Assembly: GCA_013115145.1 (NCBI GenBank)
Contig: JAAPAO010000063.1
Location: 1-64,000, forward strand
Source of the DNA: Perkinsus chesapeaki ATCC PRA-425
Taxonomy: Eukaryota > Protista > Perkinsozoa
Direction: 5' to 3'
Length of the DNA: 64,000 nt
The notes below the pieces were generated by a model. That model worked only from the letters and a program-made list of their open reading frames with translations. It was not told where the DNA came from and did no database searches. Made by a program: the position numbers and the translations under genes. Below, piece by piece: positions 22,788-33,237 of this stretch; position 1 is the stretch's first letter, and each line of letters opens with the position of its first letter.

Positions 22788-25691
22788 CTATCCCAGAAGT
22801 GTTGTTACATCCTTCCGTATCCGCTTTTTGGTTACAACATTCAATCCTCCTCCTCCCCCAGCAGAAGCAGCTACTTCATTATCATCTTCAACACTGGACG
22901 TTTCATCACTGACAATCTCATCATCATCATCATCATCATCATCGACACCACCATCCAACAGCTTCATTTCATGCTCAAACTGTTTCCTCGTTATCTTCCC
23001 TGAATAATATAGTCACTGCGCCACAAAACTATAGCCTAACTAAATACCTTTCTTAAGCTTCTTTACCAAAGCCTCCTCCTTTTGAAGGGAATCCAGTTCA
23101 TGTTGAGTTGTTGTACGACGACATTCTCTTTTCTCAGCCCTGGTACGTATAGCATCTAGCAATACAACAGTCATTCTGTCCCTGATTATGTGCATGCGTG
23201 CAGCAGCAACAACAACACTCTACCAGATTTCTGTGTAATCTTCTCCCTCTTCCTCCTTCGTTCTTCTCTATCTATCTCAACCTTCTTCAATCGTTCCTGT
23301 CGGGACGCTTCCTTTGTGGGATCAGAATAAGCAACAGAATCTGGAACGACCTGAAAGTTGTCGATGCTGGGGATCGAACCTACGACTTTAGTCAGAGTTC
23401 CTACTACTACTACCTCTGATTGAACAAAGTTATCAATCCGTCGGCCCATAATCTCTTTAACTCTTGGTAGCCTTAATAAGCTGAATGATGTTGCAACATC
23501 CCCCAAATCGAGCTCCTACATTTGAAGGAGAATAAGGTGGTCTCTGGTTCGATCCAAACACCATACACTCCTTTACCTTAATGTTAAAGACAAAACTCAA
23601 TTCGTGTTCGGAGTAACCTCGTACGAAAGATACGAAAGCCGCAACTGCCTTGTCCAAGAAGTCACCTACAATATTACGGCGCGCGATAATAGTTAATCTC
23701 TTCATAAATTGTCCGCTTACGTGATTTTTCATTATAGTTTTTACGTATATCTTCCAACATTCCGAGTGCGTGTTCTTCAACATATCTTTCACTTTCATCA
23801 TCATCTTCCCATTTTGATAAAGATACTCCACGACACTTCAAGAATGAGAGATATCCATCAACCTGCATGAATTACCGTCGACTATTACTCACCACGCTTC
23901 ACGACCACCATTATTACCTCACTCTCCAACATACATGCTACAGCTTGACCATCTCTACCAGCTCTTGCTGTCCTTCCTACACGATGGATAAAAAAGGAAG
24001 GTGATTGTGGAAGATCAAATTGAATAATCCAATCAACCTAATGATGATAACCCGGGTTCGATCCCCGGTAATGACATATATTACTTTAGGAATATCAACT
24101 CCACGTGCAACAAGATCAGTAGCAAGCATAACATCAGTGCAACTGTTGGAGGTAGTTCTAAATTATTAATATAACATCATGGATAATAATACATGTTATT
24201 ATTAATTACCCTTCACTAAATGCTTTATATGCTTTATGTCGAGCTGAAGGTGTCATATGACCATGTAATTTATGAAGGCTAATGGATGCTGCTGCTGCTT
24301 TATCTGAGTTTAAATAACCTTGCCGAGGATCGAACCTGTGCCAACCTCCTTCAGTCTCATTCTTCCAAAGCTCTTTTAATATAGCATAATGGTAATCAAC
24401 CGACGCACATGTTAAGAAGAAGACCAAGACCTTTGAACCTACGTACCATCGATACCACCTCTAAGTCGTTGACGTTAATTGTTGAAGTCATACCAGATGA
24501 TCTAGTTTCAACAAAGTGTTTCATCCATCCTAGCTTATGACGTTGATCTATAACTTTATAATAGTTTTCGAGACCTTTAGGTAAATCATAAGTTGCATTA
24601 TCAGTACAAGAAGTAGTAGTTGATGATGATGATGATGATGATGATGGACGTGATAGTTTAACCTAATATTCAACCATCACTCAAGTTCGATCCCCAGAGA
24701 TGGTCTTTTAATTACATGTACAGGATTCCTAAGACCAGCCTTCTTTACCAATTGTTTGATCTCAGCTCCTGCTAACGTAGCAGAGAACAGACAAGTACGT
24801 CGCTGAAAGCAAGGACTCAGGTTCAATTCCCGGTAAGGGTATTTTACTTGTTTAGGTAGGACCGCGAATATATCAGACATATCCTTTTCAAATCCCAAAG
24901 CCAATAATCTATCAGCTTCATCTAATACCAATACCTCTGTAGTTTTAAACCTTAATGGACTATCCATATCCTTTTCGCATAAGATATGTCTTACTCTACC
25001 AGGTGTACCTATTATATCACAGATACGGTTAAATGAGGCTATATGAAATCCTTCTCACCAACTAGTATCAATGATGATCCCTTTGCTCCTTCAATAACTG
25101 CACGATCAGCATGTATATCTCTACCACCGACAAAGCAGTAACATTTAAGGTGTGGTACAGGATCAGCTAAAGGATATTCGGCTTGGTTAGATTCCTCAAC
25201 TACTATTAGTACCATGAATATATTGCATTATTATATCATGAATTTGTGTAGCTAATTCTCTAGTAGGGGAAAGAATAACTGCTCCCACACTAGCAGCTTC
25301 AGGGATAATAAACTCCGAACACGCTTCCTAACATACTTTATATCTAACCAGCTTCAAGCTAAGATACCCTATTACCCCTTCATCTGATAATTGTTTACTC
25401 ATCATTTCCATAATAGGTAATACAAATGCTAAAGTCTTCCCACTACCAGTAGCAGCCTCACATGCCACATCTTTATGTTGAAGGAATAATGGTATAGCAA
25501 CTGATTGAACCTAATGATGAAGAGGAGGAGGATAATATAAATTATTAATAAGACGATGATGATGATAATATCACCGGAGTTGGATGCTGAAATTTAAGGG
25601 TATTATTGACAAAGTCGATAGACTTGTCATTTAATCCAAGACCATTCCAGCTTCGTGGATGACTAGAGGAGGATGAAGTATTGTTGGCCAT
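22788..25691 (-). CDS. DDX55: DEAD-box RNA helicase DDX55/Spb4, about 12 exons
   Basis: Q motif, [31 protein letters not shown]|[22 protein letters not shown]|[18 protein letters not shown], and family C-terminus [18 protein letters not shown]|[21 protein letters not shown]. Last exon uncertain. Confidence 0.92.
23351..23413 (-). other. 63-nt intron of DDX55 containing a tRNA T-arm-like fragment (gene-sense)
   Basis: GTAGTAG...AAAGTCGTAGGTTCGATCCCCAGCATCGACAACTTTCAG. Removal gives FVQSE|[18 protein letters not shown], aligning with recalled DDX55 FVPVDVNTDTIPFKDKIREKQRQ. Confidence 0.75.
23516..23576 (-). other. 61-nt intron of DDX55 containing a tRNA T-loop-like fragment (antisense to gene)
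   Basis: + strand GGTCTCTGGTTCGATCC at 23539-23555. Splicing is needed to restore the frame FNIK|ELDLG. Confidence 0.75.
24038..24084 (-). other. 47-nt intron of DDX55 containing a perfect tRNA T-arm (antisense to gene)
   Basis: + strand CCGGG-TTCGATC-CCCGG at 24052-24068 (5-bp stem, 7-nt loop). Splicing restores DIPK|VDWIIQFD. Confidence 0.85.
24304..24345 (-). other. Putative in-frame 42-nt intron of DDX55 with a T-loop-like motif (gene-sense)
   Basis: GTTGGCACAGGTTCGATCCTCGGCAAGGTTATTTAAACTCAG. GT..AG bounded, but in frame and stop-free, so it could be coding. Confidence 0.45.
24663..24715 (-). other. 53-nt intron of DDX55 with a degenerate T-arm motif (antisense to gene)
   Basis: + strand TCAAGTTCGATCCCCAG at 24681-24697. 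Splicing gives NPVH|VKLSRP. Confidence 0.65.
24803..24847 (-). other. 45-nt intron of DDX55 with a T-arm motif (antisense to gene)
   Basis: + strand CAGGTTCAATTCCCGGTAAGGG. Removal restores the conserved LPKQ|RRTCLFSAT. Confidence 0.8.
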
Positions 25692-25851
25692 AATGTACAA
25701 TGGCCTGTGGAGGAGGAGGAGGAGGAGGGGCCCTGCTACTAAACAGTACTATTAAAGTCAAACATAATGGATAAACAGAAACAATAAGACCATGATGAGA
25801 TGATGGTGAGGATTATTATTATTATTATGATGGTGCTGCTGCTGCTGTTCT

Positions 25852-26467
25852 TCATTCTTCTTTACTTCCTGTGTATTCGAGTAGCTTACGAAATACCGAA
25901 TTATTATCTATAAGCTCACTCGGTGCCACGGACTGAATTCATTCACTAGGGATCGAACCTGGAACCTTTTGTTGTTTCATCACCTGGGCCGATAACCATT
26001 TGTATAAATCAGGATTCTCTAAAGCTAACACTTCCTCAAACTCATCAACTTCTCCTTCTGGCATATCACGTAGGTAGCGATCTATCATTATGAATGATTG
26101 AGTGATGACATTATTACTACTACCTGCAAAACTACCAAGGATAACATCTAATTCAAGATAACCTCTTTGCCGGGCTCTGAGTTATCCATAACAAGAATAA
26201 TAATATTTATATCACTTAATATTTTACCTATATAATAAAACCTTCTTTCTACCGTCTAAATCGCCCGATGATAGCTCAGGTTTATATCCTCTTATTGGAT
26301 GTTCGGTGGTGGAGTATGAGCAATTCCTCATCATCAACCTACCACACTTCTCTATATATATCATAAACTTGATGACATACCTACCTAGCAGCAGCACGAC
26401 CAGTAACAACCAATTGCCTCTTAGTAACAAACGAAGTCATCATCAAACTAATCGAACGAAGAAGCAT
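25852..26467 (-). CDS. SDHAF2: Succinate dehydrogenase assembly factor 2 (Sdh5), multi-exon
   Basis: RKKxLLY...LRARQRGYLELDVILGSFA...YLRDMPEGEVDEFEEVLALENPDLYKWL. Basic, Ser-rich N-terminus resembles a mitochondrial presequence. Confidence 0.85.
25933..25983 (-). other. 51-nt intron of SDHAF2 with a T-arm motif (gene-sense)
   Basis: GTGATGAAACAACAAAAGGTTCCAGGTTCGATCCCTAGTGAATGAATTCAG. Contains an in-frame TGA, so it must be spliced for the last exon to be used. Confidence 0.8.
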
Positions 26468-26607
26468 TCTTTCGGACCTTACTAACTAATAAGAACTATA
26501 ACTAACTAATATTGTTCAACACAACTATTATTATAATGTCTTCTTGTTGGAATGATGATGATGATGATGCTGACATAATACGTTTACTGTATTTATCAAG
26601 TAGATAC

Positions 26608-28450
26608 TCATTTATCTTCTTTCTGGCTCCTCGATGATCGTTCCTCAGAGTTGCGTCGAGATACCCTACTTGTCTCAGAATCAGAACGTCGCCCAAAACT
26701 CAAAGACCTTCGCCTAATGGAAGTGATAATACCCGGGTTCAATTCCTAGTTGAGGCTATTTATTACTCATCTTTATTCCTATCACTTTTAGATCCTCTAT
26801 TACTCTTTCTAAAATCCCGACTCTGTGGAGGTGTCCTTGATCTATTATTATTATTGTTATTATAACCCTTATCATAGTATACTACTACCTTGATGCCTTC
26901 CTCCTTCTTGCTGTTTCAGGTCCTTCTTCTTCAGTATCATCTCTCCTAGTTTGTCTTCTTGGTCTCCCTATTGGTGTTCTATTCTCATTATCTTGTCTAA
27001 TTATTAATATTATTATATCTACCCTAACCTTTAGTTACACTAACCTTCTATCCCTTCTCTCTTCAGATACTCTCCGACTACTCCTCCTATCATCGCCATG
27101 TGACCTCCGATGATGATGATGGTCATGATGATGATGATAACGTCCCCGACGACTATCATCATCTCGATGCTGTATCGATCGACTATCTCCAATTGTGCAA
27201 TACCCTATCCCCCTTCTGTTATTCTTACCTTCGTCTCCTCCTTCCATCTCTACTATTTGGTTCATCTATATCTCTTGATCGTGATCTAGGTGAGGGAGAT
27301 CTCCTTCTATAATAACATTATCACTTTACCATCCACACCTTTATTACCCTACCTCCTCGATCTACTATCCTCATTATCTGCTTCTGATCCTCTCCTTTGC
27401 TTTATTCTTCTATCTGGTGTACGTGACCGCCTATAATACTACTATACATGAAGCCACCGATTAATATTACGATGATGATGATTTCCTGTGTAATGGTTCA
27501 TCATCACCATCAGTTCTTGTTGTTGTTCTTGTTGATGTACCTCCTACTGGAGCAGCATTATTCGGTGATGATCCAGGTGACGGTGGTCTAATAGGACCAC
27601 GGCGAACTATAACAATAAAATAATAATAATAATCATTTAGTAGTTATATTACTACTTCTGGTATCAAAAGCCGGAGCAGTTGGAATAAGTAATGGTCCAG
27701 GAGGGGGAGGAGGAAGATACGACTCTTCATTCTCCTGCAACATAATACTACTATAATAATATACAGTAATCCATTTATACTACCTTTTTAGCTGCGGCTT
27801 CAGCAGCAGCTTTTCTTTGTTCAATCTCTCTTTTAACCTTTTCAGCTTCCTCCTTCTTTCTCATCATCTCCCTCTTCTTTCGATCAACCAATTGAGCTGG
27901 TACACCAGCTGGTGAGTCCTACTTTAAAATGCATTGTTAAATGGATAATCATAACATCGTCTTCACTTGAGCGCTCAATAACATCTCCCATAACTCTTCA
28001 CAGAATGGCGCTGCGCCACGTTGAAGAAAGCCTGTTAAACTTAATTGCATCAATCTTGGATCAACCTATTTAATGATAATATAATCCGCACTTCTTGAAT
28101 TTGGTGAAGTGTGAAGTATTGCTGTCTTTGTTGTTTATTACCTCGGTATGATCCGGTGTTGCTGTTATCTGCTCTATTGCATAGTCAATAACAATATCAT
28201 CTTCTGTACCAATAATATCAGTTATTCTATCACTTATCCATGGACGTATAACATCCACATTTATACGGTTAAGATCAACTGGCCTACTTTAACTTACTAA
28301 GAGATGTCGACTGCTGTTGCTGAGGTAGTAGTATTACTTATCAAAAGACTTTGGGAATTTCATCTTAGCCAAAAGCTTCTGATCCCCAGTCTTCTTGAAG
28401 AATGGATCTTGATCTGATGCTGTCCCTCGGAAATAGGATCCACCTTCCAT
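26608..28450 (-). CDS. SRRM1: PWI-domain, Arg/Ser-rich splicing factor (SRm160-like), multi-exon
   Basis: YFRGTASDQD...KLLAKMKFPKSFD, VIRPWISDRITDIIGTEDDIVIDY (PWI), then Pro-rich and RS-rich exons. Stop at 26608-26610. Confidence 0.85.
26714..26766 (-). other. 53-nt intron of the SRRM1-like gene with a T-arm motif (antisense to gene)
   Basis: + strand CCCGGGTTCAATTCCTAG at 26732-26749. Splicing gives KDE|RRSLSFGRR. Confidence 0.75.
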
Positions 28451-29289
28451 CTTATTAATGATGATGATGAAGATACTAATAAGATATTAATTATTATGAT
28501 AACCCACTAACACAACAGATAGAGATAACAGAAGGAAACGACGATGATGAAATAGAACACCAACGATAACAACAACAGCAACATAAGCAACAACGGTAAG
28601 AATAGGCACTGGTGCGGTACTAACGCTACAAACGGTATTAACTGCTGTGGTTATTGCTGCTGCTGATGCTGATTGTGATAGTTATCATCGTAGAAAGGGT
28701 TATCTCCCATATCATTATAGCAGACAAACATGAGCAACAACAACATCAAGTGTTCATATTATAACCTATACAACATAATAGCTCTATGATGATGAGGGTA
28801 ATGTCAAACTAAGAGCGTGAACTTGTAGATATATCAAACAAGTTGGCTGAATAGACAAATATGAAGGTGGGAAGAGGAGGCGTGGGTTCTATCCCTGGTA
28901 ACTTCATTTTAAGAGGAGCGTGTAGTAGGAAATAATAGGAATGTAATAGAAAGTTAATAAATACACAACATGACCAATTTGACACAACAAGTAACATAAT
29001 CTTCATCATCATTATCCAACAATAGGGGAAGACAGTGTTATTAATAATACATGGTATATATTATTTATCAATGTACGATACCAAACGGTAGCTTAGTTAT
29101 GGATATATATATATATATATTCAAGGCCAAATAATCGATCACATAATCGATTATATTGATGATGATGATGATGATGATGAAATAAGTCCATGAAACGAGG
29201 TGAAGAAACAAGGTGTTATTATAATGGATGATGAGACTAATACAACAACATCATTATACTACTACTACTGCTACTGATGATGATGATGT

Positions 29290-32200
29290 TTAACATGACT
29301 TAACAAAGCTAGGTGGACTAAGGAATGTGAATACATTTCCATGACCTGTTCTCGTTAATCTAGTATAACGTTGTTCAGCTGGTGTACCAGTTCTAATAAT
29401 ATCAGCTATATCTGATACAACCTGTACGTTAAGGTTAAAGAAATTATGTCTTAGATCATGAACATTTTGATCCATATGTGTTGTATCCATAACATCTACA
29501 TAATCTTGACCATACTTCTTACCCGTTACTGGATCAACACAGCATATCTAATAATATTACATTGCTATTATTGTTAATAATCCCACTGATACTACTAGTA
29601 CCTCTTCTGGATGCTTTCCTAAGGCTTTCTCATTATTAAATAATTCAGCCCATATTAAAGCACCATCTTTAAGATCAGCATACACCGAAACCCGTTGACA
29701 ATATTCTAATAATGTTGGTAGTATCTATATTACTATACCGATAATTTATACTACTAAAATCTATATTACTTGTTCTTTGAAATGATCTAATGGATAATCA
29801 CCATTAACAAATATAACATTACATAAAAGCATCCGTCTAGCATCACAGCCCCCACCGGCCTCCAAATCACATAGTTCTTCATCATTATCATCATCTTCGA
29901 GAGATGGGGAACCAAAGTCAGTCTCTACAACGATTCAAAATAATGAACAACAGCAGCAACCCCGGCCGGGATTGAACCCACAACCTCCCGCTATATAAAC
30001 CACCAACATAACCTTTTAACCATTACTACCTTTCCGTTCCATAACTGGTATTTCCTGCTCTCTTCGTTCATGTATTTGTGATGATTGAATAACATCATCA
30101 ATACAAGTAGTTGATCCTGGTACACGTGTTCTTATCCTTAAAAAGGATCGACGCTCCATCTCTGGTAAAGCCTCACAGAATAACCTAATAATACCAATAA
30201 TAATATCTACCACTTTTAGTTATTATTGTTACTACTACTACCTAGCGCCCATTGAGTGTACTAAGAAATGCACTCTAAGGAATCCAGCTTTTCGTAATTC
30301 AAAGACAAAGTCAGATAAATCACCAGCAAATACTGGCAATGACCACATTGCCCAATGATATGTTAAAGCCATACCAGTACCTAAATCATCATCATCATCA
30401 TTGAATGCATAATGGTGCTGCTCAATACAACAATCCTTTACTATTCTTACTCTGTGAGAATATGAATGGTTTAATATATAGTGGGAACTGTCCTAATGCC
30501 AATAATTGGCCCAATCTTTCCATAGCACTTGACATCTTGCAATTATAACCATGAAGGTATACCAAAGCTTCCGGAGCTGGATCAGCTAGCTCCTTCAATA
30601 GAGGAGCTGGTAATGAACTCTGTGCCACCAAAGGTTGACCACCTATCATATATGTTATAACCTATTAATCTCTATGTTATAGAATATTACCAACAATATG
30701 AACTGGTAATGATACAGGTGGACAATCCTGAGATAGGCTACGCCTAGGTACTTGTTTTTTACCAAGATCTGCGTATCCAGTTTTCGAATGACGCACTGAA
30801 TATAAATATATTATTTAAATAACAATAATATGCTCATCATTACTCCTCAATCCAGCCGCAGCAGTAACAGCTGACATCACCTTATTAGATTCACTACCAT
30901 TAAATCCATTATCATTATCATTATCATCACTGGCACAACCACCAATCAACTCTCTTGATACATGATCACGCTTTAAAGCTTCACTTATTCGCCACATATC
31001 CGAATCTCGTGCCTATATTAAAATAATAATATCCAACCATACCGCCTTTTATCCTTGATATTATTATTATTACAACTCGTATATTTAAATGTGGCGCCAA
31101 TCCAGGGGATTCCATACCATTCAATGCTTCAGCACTAAGCTCGCGGAAATCAGGATCACTAAATAAAGATCATCTTGTTATTATTAATATATAATATAGT
31201 ATTACTCTCCTTTATATTTCCTAACCATATCTTGTACATAATAACTAGCACCAACCAATGGTCTAACTCTTGGTAAATGAGAAAAGAAGCTCCCAGATGC
31301 CGATGCCTCTACATTAGCTATACCACATCTTAGACCTTGAGGATCTCTATCAGGAAACCATAATTTATCATGAAGACCTAATACATCATTAATATCAACA
31401 ACAACAACACCACTAATTACTACCTTTCTCTTTCCTAGTTGTGGCCCAGAATATCTTACGGCTCATAAACATAGATCCACTACCAAACTCTCTTGATACA
31501 AAAGGGCTTGTTGGTCGACCTGGAATTCGATTATGATTACTAGTTAATATAATCTTATACACGGGGGGTTACTACCTCTTATCCACATTCCTCTTAATAG
31601 CTCACCATGTGCTGAATCATCCATCCACATACCCAGACCATTAGGTAACCCATCTTCATCAACATGACCAGTAAATCTACATTTATTACGAGCAATGGAG
31701 AATGGACCATAACGCTTATAACAGAAACTAACAACAGCAATGATGGTAGATGGTAGTATTGAATATATTATTACTAGTTTGAATCTTGGTCATCTCGCCT
31801 CATTTTAAACCAATGTACTAATAACCAATCTGGCCTCATATGACCAATCATGAAGGGGTATCCAAAATGTACAATCAACTGTGAGTAATAATGAACAGTA
31901 GTAGTATTGTTCTTTATTACATATGCCAGAAAAAGGGCAACTTCTATACATATAATAACCGCTACAATAGTAGTCTCACGGTTTGATAACCCATCCCACT
32001 AACCAATATAACTTATTATTATTATTCTCGTTGTTGTTATTACCCTTGTTGATTCCTCTGGATCATATGCCCATACCCCCCAAACAATACCACAAAAGAA
32101 TGTTGTAAGTGCCATAGTATGAATAACTGGTTTAAGGAATGCCGCAATACATATAATCATCCAAACTACTGCCACAAACTAATGATAAATAATAACATAA

Positions 32201-32850
32201 TCATCATCTGCTGGTGGTGGTACTGGGTATATTACACTAACAATAGCTGGAATGAATGAGGTCTTAGCAAATCGCTCATCTGGAGTTAGATCAGCTAAAC
32301 CAGGCCAAAGGATCAGTATCAGACTCTTACTCATGAGATTTGATATCCATATAAAAACAACCTGTATTAATGGATAGTGATTTATAATAATAGTTCTATT
32401 ACCAATGCTACAACAATCTCAACCCATGTTCGTAATGAACCTGAATCTCGTTTATAACCCTGTAAAGACCTAGTCAGCCTTCGCCTCTCCATTACAAAGA
32501 ATACACCTATTACATAATCATAATAATAATATATATTATTATTACGTTTCATTTCATGTTCTTCAAGTGTTTCTACAAAATCAGGTCTTGTTGACGCCGA
32601 TGTAGAAGGTGACAAACTTTTAGATGACCTATATTAATATATATAAAAGTTAATAATAATATATATTACCCTAATAATGAACCATCACCACCACCACCCA
32701 TATCATCTTGTATACTACATATTAATTCCCTATTTCCTGATGTTGATGTGGTGGTTGATGTATTCATTGATTTTATGGTTGGTCCAATTTGTGAATTGGT
32801 TATACCACAACCACCAACAATAGGATAATTAGCTAATTCGCAGACCGACA
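29290..32850 (-). CDS. Large multi-exon protein: N-terminal hydrophobic segments, MORN-like stretch and C-terminal DUF900-type alpha/beta hydrolase
   Basis: RFTGHVDEDGLPNGLGMWMDD (MORN-like), ALVYLHGYN, RVHFLVHSMGAR (nucleophile elbow), HNFFNLN...VVSDIADII. Start approximate. Confidence 0.7.
29925..30029 (-). other. 105-nt intron containing a tRNA 3'-half-like sequence (gene-sense)
   Basis: TTTATATAGCGGGAGGTTGTGGGTTCAATCCCGGCCGGGGTT. Phase-1 splice gives MERK|ETDFGSPSLEDDD. Confidence 0.7.
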
Positions 32851-33237
32851 AGGTGAATAAAGGAAAGTATGATTACAGACAAAGGTAATAATAGAGAAAC
32901 CTGCACTATCATTCATTATCCTGTATCATGCGTGCATCAACCTAAGATTCATTTTACATTCCCCTTCCACACCCCTGCTACACCTTCCGCTGACTATGCA
33001 AGCTCTAGTACGGTAAATTATTCGGAGGTCGCAGTGCAGCTGAATCACTGCAAGCTCATTTATTCGGGAATCTTCAATAGAGGTAGTATCTTAATAGCGG
33101 GCCATGTGCAATCACGACGATTATACAAAGGGCCAAGATTTCATTTACCGGAACGTATCGCCCACTTCTTAAATCGTCCGCGACATGTTATCGGTGTCCC
33201 CTTATTATAGTTGTCGTTTTGTACTATTTTTTATTGA

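Noticed and set aside
22720-22830. Possible non-canonical last intron in DDX55 giving a GTWGGRRKSKKRR end
   Set aside because: No GT donor in the required phase; an in-frame stop at 22788 is the simpler reading without RNA data.
28480-29020. Possible small gene between the SRRM1-like and hydrolase genes (contains a degenerate T-loop at about 28886)
   Set aside because: No consistent exon path or motif found, so the intron status of that T-loop copy is unproven.
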